A stretch of DNA of 64,000 nucleotides from Mobula hypostoma (taxonomy: Eukaryota), in assembly GCF_963921235.1 (NCBI RefSeq), contig NC_086098.1, forward strand, positions 496,001-560,000, written 5' to 3'. Below are positions 50,517 through 63,740 of this stretch, piece by piece (positions within the stretch are counted from its first letter, which is position 1; every line of letters starts with the position of its first letter). The notes beneath the pieces are model-generated. The model saw only the letters and a list, made by a program, of their open reading frames with translations, was not told the DNA's origin and did not search any database. Both the position numbers and the translations under genes were made by a program.

Positions 50517-50677
50517 CTTTTTTAACATTTAAGAATAAATTGGACAGATACATGGATGGGAGGTGTATGGAGGGATATGGTCCGTGTGCAGGTCAGTGGG
50601 ACTAGGCAGAAAATGGTTTGGCACAGCCAAGAAGGGCCAAAAGGCCTGTTTCTGTGCTGTAGTTTCTATGGTTCTAT

Positions 50678-52851
50678 GAGGGAGGAGCTGGCCAAAGTTG
50701 ACTGGTCGGATATCCTAGCAGAAAAGACAGTGGAACAGCAATGGTAGGTATTCTTGGGAATAATGCACAAGGTGCAAAATCAGTTCATCCCCCTGAGAAG
50801 GAAGGATTCAAAGGCGGGAAAGTGGCCACAGTGGTTGACAAAGGAAGTCAGAGATGGCATAGCATTAAAAAAAGAAGTATGACAGAGCTAAGGTGAGTGG
50901 GAAGACGGATGATTGGGCAATTTTTAAGGAGCAACAGAACTTAACTAAAAAGGCAATATGGGGAGAAAAAATGAGGTATGAACGCAAGCTAGCTAGGAAT
51001 ATAAAGGAGGATAGCAAAAGTTTTTTTAGGTATGTGAAGAGAAGGAAGATAGTTAAGAACAATGTTGGGCCCTTGAAGAATGAATTGGGAGAAATTGTTA
51101 TGGGAAACAGAGAAATGGCAGACGAATTTAATAAATACTTTGGATCTGTCTTCACTAGGGAAGACGCAAACAATCTCCCAGATGTATGGATAGGCCAAGG
51201 ACATAGGGTAACAGAGGAACTGAAACAGATTGACATAAGGAAGGAAATGGTGATGAGTAGACTGATGGGACTGAAGGCTAACAAATCCCCAGGTCCAGAT
51301 GGTCTGCATCCTAGGGTACTAAAGGAGGTGGCTCTGGAAATTGCAGATGCATTGGTGATCATTTTCCAATGTTCCTTAGGTTCAGGATCAGTTCCTGAGG
51401 ATTGGCGAATGGCTAATGTTATCCCACTTTTTAAGAAAGGAGGGAGGGAGGAATAAAACAGAGAACTATCGTCCTGTTAGCCTAACATCAGTAGTGGGGA
51501 AGATGCTAGAGTCCATTATTAAAGATGAAATAGCGTCATATCTTGATAGCAGTGATAGGATTGGGCCGTGCCAGCATGGATTTACCAAGGGCAAATCATG
51601 CTTGACTAATCTATTGGAGTCTTTCGAGGATGTAACCAGGAAGATAGTTGCGGGAGATCCAGTGGATGTGGTGTACCTTGACTTTCAGAAGGCATTTGAT
51701 AAGGTACCACATAGGAGATTGCTGGGTAAAATCAGAGCTCATGGCATTGTGGGGAGGATATTGACATGGATAGAAAACTGGTTGGCAAATAGAAAGCAAA
51801 GGGTAGCAGTGAATGGGTGTTTCTTGGAATGGCAGGTGGTGACTAGTGGGGTGCCACAGGGCTCGGTATTGGGACCACAGCTGTTTACAATTTACGTCAA
51901 TGATTTAGAGGAAGGCATTGTGAATAACAGCAGCAAGTTTGCTGATGAGAATAAGCTGGGTGGCAGTATGAAATGTGATGAGGATGTCAGGAGAATTCAA
52001 GGTGACTTGGATAGGCTTGGTGAGTGGGCAGAAACCTGGTAGATGGCGTTTAATGTGAATGTGAAGTTATTCACTTTGGGAGCAAGAACAGGAAGGCAGG
52101 TTATTTTCTGAAGGGTGTGGAGTTAGGTAAGGGAGAAATACAAAGAGATCTCGGAATACTTGTTCATCAGTCTCTGAAGGTGAATGAGCAAGTGCAGAAG
52201 GCAGTGAAGAAGGCAATGGAATTTTGGTCTTTATTACAAAGGGAATTGAGTACAAGAGCAAGGAAATCCTTTTGCATTTGTACAGGGCCCTGGTGAGACC
52301 ACACCTGGAGTATTGTGTGCAGTTTTGGTCTCCAGGGTTGAGGAAGGACATCCTGGCTGTGGAGGAGGTGCAGCGTAGGTTCACTAGGTTAATTTCTGGG
52401 ATGTCCGGACTGTCTTACGCAGAAAGGTTAGAGAGACTGGACTTGTACACGCTGGAATTAAGGAGATTGAGGGGGGATCCGATTGAGACATATAAGATTA
52501 TTAAGGGATTGGACAAGATAGAGGCAGGAAATATTTTCCAGATGCTGGGAGAGCCCAGTACCAGAGGGCATGGTTTAAGAATAAGGGGTAGGTCATTTAG
52601 GACAGAGTTGAAGAGGAACTTCTTCTCCCAGAGAGTTGAGGAGGTGTGGAACGCGCTGTCTCAGAAGGTAGTGGAGGCCAATTCTCTGGATGCTTTCAAG
52701 AAGGAGCTAGATAGGTCTCTTATGGATAGGGGAATCAAGGGTAATGGGGACAAGGCAGGAACTGGGTATTGATAGTAGATGATCAGCCATGATCTCAGAA
52801 TGGTGCTGCAGGCTCGAAGGGCCGAATGGTCTACTTCTGCATCTATTGTCT
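50678..52851 (+). mobile_element. 5'-truncated CR1
   Basis: ORFs 50893-52772; tail ctattgtct. Confidence 0.88.
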
Positions 52852-55396
52852 AATGGAGAGTGAGAATTGGAGGAGCAAATTTGTAAGGAGATAGCAGATA
52901 TTTGTAGTAATCACAAGGTTGTGATTGTGGGAGATTTTAGTTTTCCACACATTGGCAAGCCCATTCTGTAAAAGGGCTGAATGGTTTGGAGTTTGTGAAA
53001 TTCGTGCAAGATTGTATTGTTGCAAAAAACTTAGAGGTACCAACTAGTGAAGGGGCAGTGTTGGATCTCCTGTTAGGGAATGAGCTAGGGCAGGTGACGG
53101 AGGTATGTGTTGGGGAGCACTTCGGGTTCAGTGATCAAAATACCATTAGTTTCAATATAATTATGGAGAAGGACAGGACTGGACCCAGGGTTGAGATTTT
53201 TGATTGGAGAAAGGCTAACTTTGAGGAGATGCGAAAGGATTTAGAAGGAGTGGATTGGGACAAATTGTTTTATGGGAAGGATGTAATAGAGAAATGGAGG
53301 TCATTTAAAGGTGAAATTTTGAGGGTACAGGATGTTTATGTTCCTGTTAGTTTGAAAGGACAGGTTAAAAGTTTGAGAGAGCCGTGGTTTTCAGGGGATA
53401 TAGGAAACTTTTTCGGAAAAAGAGAGGGATCTACAATAAATATAGGCAGGTTGGAGTAAATGAGGTTCTCGAGGAATATAAAGAATGTAAAAAGAATCTT
53501 AAGAAAGAAATTAGAAAAGCTAAAAGATATGAGGCAGCTTTAGCAAGTAAGGTGAAAATGAATCCAAAGGGTTTCTACAGTTATATAAATAGCAAAAGGA
53601 TAGTGAGGGATAAAATTGGTCCCTTAGAGAATCAGAGTGTACGGCTATGTGCGGAGCCAAAAGAGATGGGGGGAGATTTTGAACAATTCTTTTCTTCGAT
53701 ACTCACTAAGGAGAAGGATATTGAGTTGTGTAAGGTAAAGGAAAGAAGAAGGGTAGTTATGGAAAGTGTGATGATTAAAAAAAGAGGAAGTACTGGAGCT
53801 TTTAAGGAATATAAAAGTGGATAAGTCTCTGGGTCCTAACAGGATATTCCCTAGGACCTTGAGGGAAATTAGTGTGAAAATAGCAGGGGCTCAGACAGAA
53901 ATATTTCAAATGTCATTAGAACCAGGAATGGTGCCGGAGGATTGGCGTATTGCTCATGTTGTTCCATTGTTCAAAAAGGGTTTTAAGAGTAGACCTAGCA
54001 ATTATTGGCCTGTGAGTTTGATGTCAGTGGTGGGTAAATTGATGGAAAGTATTCTTAGAGATGGTATATATAATTATCTGGATAGACAGGGTCTGATTAG
54101 GAACAGTCAACATGGATTTGTGCGTGGAAGGTCATGTTTGACAAATCTTACTGAATTTTTTGATGAGGTTACTAGGAAAGTTGACGAGGGTAAAACGGTG
54201 GATGTTGTCTATATGGACTTCAGTAAGGCCTTTGACAAGGTTCCACATGGAAGGTTGGTTAGGAAGGTTCAATCGTTAGGCATTAATATCGAAGTAGTAA
54301 AATGGATTCAGCAGTGGCTGGATGGGAGACGCCAGAGAGTAGTGGTGGATAACTGTGTGTCAGGTTGGAGAACGGTGTGTAGCGGTGTGCCTCAGGGATC
54401 TGTACTGGGTCTAAAGTTGTTTGTCATATATACTAATGATCTGGATGATGGGGTTGTAAATTGGATGAGTAAGTATGCAGATGATACTAAGATAGGTGGA
54501 GTTGTGGATAATGAAGTTGGGTTTCAAAGCTTGCCGAGAGATTTAGACCACTTAGAAGAGTGGCTGAAAGATGGCAGATGGGGTTTAATGCTGATAAATG
54601 TGAGGTGCTACATTTTAGTAGGACGAATCAAAATAGGACATACATGGTTAATGGTAGGGCATTGAAGAATGCAGTAGAACTGAGAGATCTAGGAATAATG
54701 GTGCATAGTTCCCTGAAGGTGGAATCTCATGTGGATAGGGTGGTGAAGAAAGCTTTTGGTATGCTGGCCTTTATAAATCAGAGCATTGAGTATAGGAGTT
54801 GGGATGTAATGTTGAAATTGTACAAGGCATTGTTAAGGCCAAATTTGGAGTATTGTGTATAATTTTGGTCACTGAATTATAGGAAAGATGTCAATAAAAT
54901 TGAGAGAGTACAGAGGGGATTTACTAAAATGTTGCCTGTGTTTCATCTCCTAAGTTACAGAGAAAGGTTGAACAAGTTGGGTCTTTATTCTTTGGAGCGT
55001 AGGAGGTTGAGGGGGGACTTGATAGAGGTATTTAAAATTATGAGGGGGATAGATGGAGTTGACGTAGATAGGCTTTTTCCATTGAGAGTGGGGGAGATTG
55101 AAACAAGAGGACATGAGTTGAGAGTTAAAGGGCAAAAGTTTAGGTTTAACATGAGGGGGAACTTCTTTACTCAGAGAGTGGTAGCTGTGCTGAACGAGCT
55201 TCCAGCAGAAGTGGTTGAGGCAGGTTCGATGTTGTCATATAAAGTTAAATTGGATAGCTGTATGGACAGGAAAGGAATGGAGGGTTATGGGCTGAGTGCA
55301 GGTCGGTGGGACTAGGTGAGAGTAAGTGTCCAGCATGGACTAGAAGGGCCGAGATGGCCTGTTTCTGTGCTGTAATTGTTATATGGTTGTATGGTT
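52852..55396 (+). mobile_element. 5'-truncated CR1
   Basis: EN C-half and RT ORFs; tail atatggttgtatggtt. Confidence 0.88.
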
Positions 55397-58170
55397 AATT
55401 GGCCTTCCAATTCCTTCTGAGGCAGAGTATTCCACAGATCCACAACTTTCTGTGTTAAAATATTTTTCCTCAACTCCGTTCGAAATCGCCTACCCCTTAT
55501 TCTCAAATTGTGGCTTCTGGTTCTGGATTCCCCCAACATCGGGAACATGTTTCCTGCCTCTCGCATATCCAATCCCTTAATAATCTTATGTTTCAATCAG
55601 ATCCCCTCTCATCCTTCTAAATTCCAGTGTATACAAGCCCAGACGCTCCAATCTTTCAACATATGACAGTCTCACCATTCCGGGAATTAATCTCGTGAAC
55701 CTCCGCTGCACTCCCTCAAAAGCAAGGATGTCCTTCCTCAAATTTGGAGACCAAATCTGTACAGAATACTCCAGGTGTGGTCTCACCAGGGCCCTGTACA
55801 GCTGCAGAATCTTTGCTCCTATACACAACTCCCCCTGTTATGAAGGCCAACATGCCACTAGCATTCTTCACTGCCTGCTGTACGTGCATGCTTACTTTCA
55901 GTGACTGATGAACAAGGACACCAAGATCTCATTGTACTTCCCCTTTTCCTAACTTAACACCATTCAGATAGTAATCTGCCTTCCTGTTCTTGCCACCAAA
56001 GTGGATAACCTCACATTTATCCACATTAAATTGCATCTGCCATGCATCCGCTCACTCACCCAGCCTGTCCAATCACCCTGCATTCTCATAACATCCTCCC
56101 CACATTTCACACTGCCACCCAGCTTTGTGTCATCAGCAAATTTGCTAATGTTACTTTTAATTCCCTCATCTAAATCATTAATATATATTGTAAACAGCTG
56201 CGGTCCCAGCACCGAGCCTTGCAGTACCCCACTAGTCACCACTTGTCATTCTGAAAGGGACCCGTTAATCCCTACTCTTTGTTTCCTGTCTGCCAATCAA
56301 TTTATGATCCATGTCAGTACTCTGCCCCCAATACCATGTGCTCTAATTTTGCCCACTAATCCATGTGGGACCTTATCAAGGGCTTTCTGAACGTCCAGGT
56401 ACACTGCATCCACTGGCTCTCCCTTGTCCATTTTCATAGTTACATCCTCAAAAAATTCCAGAAGATTAGTCGAGCATGATTTCCCCTTCGTAAATCCATG
56501 CTTACTCGGACCGATCCTGTTACTGCTATCCAAATGTGCCGCTATTTCATCTTTTATAATTGACTCCAGCATCTTTCCCACCACTGATGTCAGGTTAACT
56601 GGTCTATAATTCCCTGTTTACTCTCTTCCTCCTTTCTTAAAAAGTGGGATAACATTAGCTACCCTTCAGTCCTCAGGAACTGATCCTGAAGCTATAGATC
56701 ATTGGAAAATAATTACCAATGCCTCCACGATTTGTAGAGCCACCTCCTTAAGTGCCCTCAGGTGCAGACCATCAGGCCCTGGGGATTTATCAGCCTTCAG
56801 TACCATCAGTCTATCCAACACCATTTTCTGCCTGATGTGAATCTCCTTCAGTTCTTCCGTTACCCTAGGTCCTTTGGCCACTATTACATCTGGGAGATTG
56901 TTTATATCTTCCCTAGTGAAGACAGATCCAAAGTACCTTTTCAACTCATCTGCCATTTCCTTGTTCCCCATAATAAATTCACCCGTTTCTGTCTTTAAGG
57001 GCCCAACTTTGGTCTTAACTAATTTTTTCCTCTTCACATACCTAAAGAAGCTTTTACTATCCTCCTTTATTTTCTTGGCTAGCTTGCCTTCCCAATCCTC
57101 TGGCTTCCTGCTCATCTTTGCTATGTTATACTTCTCTTTTATTTTTATACTACCCTTGTCAGCCACGGTCGCCCCTTACTCCCCTTAGAATCTTTCTTCC
57201 TCTTTGGAATGAACTGATCCTGCACCTTTTGTATTATTCCCAGAAATACCTGCCATTGTTGTTCCACTGTCATCCCTGCTAGGGTATCTTTCCAGTCAAC
57301 TTTGGCCAGCTCTTCTCTCATGGCTCCATAGTCCCCTTTGTTCAACTGTAATACTGACACTTCCGATTTTCCCTTCTCCCTCTCAAATTGTAGATTAAAA
57401 CTTATCATATTATGGTCACTACCTCCTAATGGCTCCTTTACCTCGAGTTCCCTTATCAAATCCAGTTCATTACACAACACTAAATCCAGAATTGCCTTCT
57501 CCCTGGTAGGTTCCAGTACAAGCTTCTCTAAGAATCCATCTCGGAGGGACTCCACAAACTCCCTTCCTTGGGGTCCAGTACCAACCTGATTTTCCCAGTC
57601 TACCTCCATGTTAAAATCCCCCATAACCACTGTCGCATTATCTTTGCAACATGCTAATTTTAACTCCTGATTCAACTTGCACCCTACATCCATGCTACTG
57701 TTTGAGGGCCTGTAGATAACTCCCATTAGGATCTTTTTGCCCTTACAATTTCTCAGTTCTATCCATACTGACTCTACATCTCCTGATTCTATGTCGCCCC
57801 TCGCAAGGGACTGAATTTCATTCCTCACCAACAGAGCCACCCACCCCCTCTGCCCACCTGTCTATCCTTTGGATAGGTCATTTCCCCTTGAATATTCATC
57901 TCCCAACGCTGGTGCTCTTGCAGCCATGTCTCTGTTATTCTTACAATATCATACTTGCCAATTTCCAACTGAGCCTCAAGCTCATCCACTTTATTTCTTA
58001 TACTTCGTGCATTCATATATAATACTTTTAATCCATTACTCCCCTCACTTTTCACATCGATTCCTATTGCACTTAGCCATACTCTCCAATCCCTTCCTAA
58101 GCTTTCTGCCCCGTTAATTCTGTCTTCTTTAACTTTCCTTATTCTCTCTTTCCCTTCCTCTCCTCCCCCC
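55397..58170 (-). mobile_element. CR1 ORF2 remnant (EN and RT)
   Basis: ORFs 55312-58211 with NARSIRNK, SDHNM, FADD. Confidence 0.88.
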
Positions 58171-58184
58171 TTTGAACCTTTGAA

Positions 58185-59390
58185 CATTTCCCTGAGAACA
58201 TATGCTCCCACTTTATGCTTCTGAGTTCCTGCCTGATAGATTCATATTTCTTCTTATTCTAACTAAACACTTTCCTAACTTATCTGTTCCCATCCCTCTC
58301 CAATGCTATGGTAAAGGAGACAGAATTATGATCACTATCTCCAAAATGCTCTCTCACTGAGAGACCTGACACCTGACCTGACCATAATACTAAAATTATC
58401 TGGTATCCCCAATACCAGATAAAGTACAGCCTCTCCTCTTGTAGGCTTATCTACATATTATGTCAGGAAACCTTCCTGAACACACTTAACAAACTCCACC
58501 CCATCTAAACCCCTTGCTTTAGGGAGATGCCAATCAATATTGCGGAAACGAAAATCTCCCACAACAACCCTGTTATTATTACAGCTTTCCAGAATCTGTC
58601 TCCCCATTTGTTCCTCGATGTCCCTATTATTATTGGGTGGTCTATAAAATACACCCAGTAGAGTTATTGACCCCTTCCTGTTCCCAACATCCTTCCACAG
58701 AGACTTAGTTGACAATCTCTCCATGACTTCTTCCTTTTCTGCAGCCATGACATAATCTCTGATCAGCAGTGCCCTGCCCCCACCTCTTTTGCCTCCCTCC
58801 CTGTCCTTTCTGAAACATCCAAAGCCTGGCACTCGAAGTAACCATTCCTGCCCCTGAGCCATCCAAATCTCTGTAATGGCTACAACATCATAGCTCTAAG
58901 TACTGCTCATTCGCTTTGTTCATGATGCTTCTTGCATTAAAATAGACACATCACAAACCATCAGTCTGAGTGCATCCCTTCACTATCACCCGCCTATCCT
59001 TCCTCTCACACTGTCTACAAGCTTTCTCTATTTGTGAGCCAACACCCCCTTCCTCCGACTCTTCAGTTTGGTTCCCACCCCCAGCAATTCTAGTTTAAAC
59101 TCTCCTCAGTAGCCTTAGCAAATCTCCCTGCCAGGATATTGTCCCCCTCGGATTCAAGTGCAACCCATCCTTTTTGTACAGGTCACGCCTGCCCCAAAAG
59201 AGGTCCCAATGATCCAGAAATCTGAATCCCTGCCCCCTGCTCCAATCCCTCAGATACGCATTTATCCTCCATCTCACTCTATTCCTATACTCACTGTCGT
59301 GTGGCACATGCAGTAATCTCGAGATTATTACCTTTGAGGTCCTGCTTCTCAATTTCCTTCCTAAATCCCTGTAGTCTGGCCTTATCTCAA
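58185..59390 (-). mobile_element. CR1 ORF1 end and endonuclease remnant
   Basis: DLYKKDGLHLNPRG; YRPPN; junction heptamer at 59093-59099. Confidence 0.85.
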
Positions 59391-60136
59391 GTAATAATGA
59401 GTCAGCATACAGTGAAGAAGTCATCACCCTGACAGTGTCAAGAAAATAAATTCTCCCTGAATGTCACGAAAACAAAGGAGCCATTTGTGGAATACAGGGG
59501 GAATGCAGACAGGCTATCCCCAATTCGCATCAATTGAACTGGAGTTGAGAGGATGAACAGCTTGAAGTTCCTCGGCATAAACATCACTGAGGATCTCACG
59601 TGGTCTATATGTACCGGCTGTGTGGTGAAAAAAGCACACAGCGCCTCTTTCACTTCAGACAGTTGAAGAAGTTTGGTATGGGCCCCCAATTCCTAAGAAC
59701 TTTCCACAGGGGCACAATTGAGAACATCCTGACTGGCTGCATCACTGCCTGGTATGGGAACTGTACTTCCCCCAATTGCAGGACTCTGCAGAGAGTGATG
59801 TGGACAGCCCAGTGCATATGTAGATGTGAACTTCCCATTGTTCAGGACATTTGCAAAGACAGGAGTGTAAAATGGGTGAGAACTATCACTGGGTCCCGAG
59901 TTACCTCAACGACAAACTGTTCAAGTTTCTACCATCTGGGAAACAGTACCGCATCATAAAAGCCAGGACCAACAGGCTTCTTCCACCAGGCCATCAGCGT
60001 GCTTAACTCATGCTGACACAACTGTATTTCAATGTTAATTGACTATCCTGTTGTACATGGTATTTATTGTAAATTACTATAAATTACACATTGCACATTT
60101 GGACGGAGATGTAACGTAAAGATTTTTACTCATGTA
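59388..60136 (+). mobile_element. Rex1/Babar LINE 3' part; tail resumes at 63436-63482
   Basis: LNVTKTKE, KFLGINITEDLTWS, QRLFHFRQLKKFG, ILTGCITAWYGN; TSD catgta around the CR1 insert. Confidence 0.8.
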
Positions 60137-63100
60137 GACCATAAGGCAAAGGAGTAGAAGTCGGCCATTCAACCCATTGAGTCTGCTCTGCCATTCTATC
60201 ATGAGCTGATCCATTCTCCCATTTAGTCCCACTACCCCGCCTTCTCATCATAACCTTTGATGCCCTGGCTACTCAGATACCTATCAATCTCTGCCTTAAA
60301 TACACCCAATGACTTGACCTCCATTGCTGCCCGTGGCAACAAATTCCATAGATTCACCACCATCTGGTTAAAAAACATTTCTTCACATCTCTGTTCTGAA
60401 TGAGTGCCCTTCAATCCTTAAGTCATGCCCTCTCGTACTAGACTCCCCCATCATGGGAAACAACTTTGCCACATCCACTCTGTCCATGCCTTTCAACATT
60501 CGAAATGTTTCTATGAGGTCTCCCCTCATTCTTCTAAACTCCAAGGAATACAGTCCAAGAGCGGACAAACGTTCCTCATATATTAACCCTCTCATTCCCG
60601 GAATCATTCTAGTGAATCTTCTCTGTACCCTCTCCAACGTCAGCACATCCTTTCTTAAATAAGGAGACCAAAGCTGCCCACAGTACTCCAAGTGAGGTCT
60701 CACCAGTACCTTATAGACCCTCAACATCACATCCTTGCTCCTATACTCTATTCCGCTAGAAATGAATGCCAACATTGCATTCTCCTTCTTCACCACCGAC
60801 TCAACCTGGAGGTTAACCTTAAGGGTATCCTGTACGAGGACTCCCAAGTCCCATTGCATCTCAGAACTTTGAATTCTCTCCCCATTTAAATAATAGTCTG
60901 CCCGTTTATTTCTTCTGCCAAAGTGCATAACCATATACTTTCCAACATTGTATTTCATTTGCCACTTCTTTGCCCATTCTTCCAATCTATCCAAGTCTCT
61001 CTGCAGACTCTCCGTTTCCTCAGCACTACTGGCCCCTCCACCTATCTTCGTATCGTCAGCAAACTTAGCCACAAAGCCATCTATTCCATAATCCAAATCG
61101 TTGATGTACAATGTAAAAAGAAGCGGCCCCAACACTGATCCCTGTGGAACACCACTGGTAACCAGCAGCCAACCAGAATAGGATCCCTTTATTCCCAATC
61201 TGTTTCCTGCCAAGCAGCCAACGCTCTATCCATGTATGTAACTTTCCCGTTATTCCATGGGCTCTTATCTTGTTAAGTAGCCTCATGTGTGGCACCTTGT
61301 CAAAGGCCTTCTGAAAATCCAAATATACAACATCCACTGCATCTCCCTTGTCTAGCCTACTTGTAATTTGCTCAAAAAATTGTAATAGGTTTGTCAGGCA
61401 GGATTTTCCTTTAAGGAATCCATGCTGAGTTCTGCCTATCTTGTCATATGCCTCCAGGTACTCTGTAACCTTATCCTTGACAATCGACTCCAACAACTTC
61501 CCAACCACCGATGTCTAGCTAACAGGTCTATAATTTCCTTTTTGCTTCCTTGCCCCCTTCTTAAATAGCGGAGTGACATTTGCAATCTTCCAGTCCTCCG
61601 GAACCATGCCAGAATCTATCGACTTTTGAAAGATCATCACTAATGCCTCCGCAATCTCCACAGCTACTTCCTTCAGAACACGAGGGTGCATTCCATCTGG
61701 TCCAGGAGATTTATCTACCTTTAGACTATTCAGCTTCCTGAGTACTTTCTCTGTCGTAATTGTGACTGCGCACACTTCTCTTCCCTGCCACCCTTGAGTG
61801 TCCGGTATACTGCTGTCTTCCTCAGTGAAGACTGATGTAATATACTCATTCAGTTCCTCCTCCATCTCCTTATCTCCCATTACAATTTCTCCAGCATCAT
61901 TTTCTATCAGTCCTATATCTATTCTTACCTGTCTTTTACTCTTTATATACTTGAAAAAGCTTTTAGTATCCTCTTTGATATTATTTGTCAGCTTCCTTTC
62001 ATAGTTAATCTTTTCCCTCTTAATGACCTTCTTAGTTTCCTTTTGTAAGCTTTTAAAAACTTCCCAATCCTCTGTCTTCCCACTAATTTTTGCTTCCTTG
62101 TATGCCCTCTCCTTTGCTTTAACTTTGGCTTATCTTGTCAACCATGGTTGCATCCTTTTTCCATTCGAAAATTTCTTCTTTTTCCTCACTTCTCACATAA
62201 ACTCCAGCCACTGCTGTTCTGCCGTCCTTCCCGCCAGTGTCCCTTTCCAGTCAAACTTGGCCAGTTCCTCTTTCATGCCACTGTAATTTCCTTTACTCCA
62301 CTGAAATACCGACACATCTGATTTCGGCTTCTCTTTTTCAAATTTCACAGTGAACTCAATCATGTTATGATCACTGCCTCCTAAGGGTTCCTTCACCTCA
62401 ATCTCTCTAATCACCTCTGGTTCATTACACAATAGCCAATCCAGTACAGTCGATTCCCCAGTGGGCTCAGCAAAAAGCTATTCTAAAAAGCCATCTCGCA
62501 GACATTCTACAAATTTTCTCTCTTGAGATCCAGTGTCGACCTGATTTTGCCAATCCACTTGAATGTTGAAATCCCCCACAATTATCATAACACTACCCTT
62601 CTGACAAGCCTTTTCTATTTCCTGTTGTAATTTGTAGTCCACATCACTGCAGCTGTTTGGAGGTGTATAAATAACTGCCATCAGGGTCCTTTTACCCCTG
62701 CGATTTCTTAGCTCAACCCATAAGGATTCTGCACCTTCCGATCCTATGTCACCTTTTTCTAATGATTTAATATCATTTCTTACCAATAAAGCCACGCCTC
62801 CCCCTCTGCCTACCTTCCTATCCTTCCGATACACCGTGTATCCTTGGACGTTCAGCTCCCAGAGACATGTATCCTTTAGCCACGTCTCAGTGATGGCCAC
62901 AATATCATACCTATCAATCTGTAGCTGTACGACAAGATCATCCACCTTATTCCTTATGCTGCGTGCATTTAAGTACAACACCTTAAGACCAGTATTTGGT
63001 ACTTTTCGCTTTGATTTCACTGCAAATTTATTGCACTGCAATTCATCCCAATGGCTACAAATTTGCCCCATCACCTGCCTGTCTTTCCTGACATCTTTAC

Positions 63101-63435
63101 TGCTCACTATCTTAGATTTACTTCTGTTTCCCCCTTCCTCCACTCTATCATTCGGGTTCCCATCCCCCTGCCAAATTAGTTTAAACCCTCCCTAAGAGCT
63201 CTATTGAACCTTCCCTCCAGGATACTGGTCCCCTTCAGGTTTGGGTGTAACCTGTCCTTTTTGAACAGGTCATACTTCCCCCAGAAGAGATCCCAATTAT
63301 CCAAGAATCTGAAGCCCTGCCCCCTGCACCAGTCTCTCAGCCACGCATTCATCTGCTTGATCTGACTATTCTTGCCCTCGCTTGCACGTGGCACAGATAG
63401 CAATCCCGAGATTACTACCCTGGAGGTCATATACC
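60137..63435 (-). mobile_element. CR1 LINE, 5'-truncated in ORF1
   Basis: ORF1 end 63176-63430, EN 62478-63143, RT 60383-61880; TSD catgta at 60131-60136 and 63436-63441. Confidence 0.92.
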
Positions 63436-63489
63436 CATGTATATGAAGGATGCAATTATTAAAGTCAATCCATATCAATCAAAATTACA

Positions 63490-63740
63490 TCTTTGTTTTT
63501 ATATTCTAGTCCACTTGAAATGAAAGCTAGCAATCCATTTGCCTTCATCACCACAGACTAAACCTGTTAATTAGCCTTTAGGGAATCCTGTACAAGAACT
63601 CTGATGTCCCTTTGCACCTCAGATTTTTGTGACTTCTCTCCACTCATAAAATTTCTTCCACCAAAGTGCATAATCATACACTTCCCAACACTGCATTCCA
63701 TCTGCCATTTCTTTGTTTCTTCTCCTAATCTGGCCAAGAG
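63490..63740 (-). mobile_element. Old CR1 RT fragment
   Basis: KKWQMECSVGKCMIMHFG, VLVQDSLK. Confidence 0.7.

Larger units (their letters stand above)
44845..50677 (+). mobile_element. Apparently full-length CR1 (5' UTR, ORF1, ORF2, tail) with two nested insertions
   Basis: ORF1 ATG at 45393, esterase ORF, EN/RT ORFs, tail ttctatggttctat. Confidence 0.9.
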
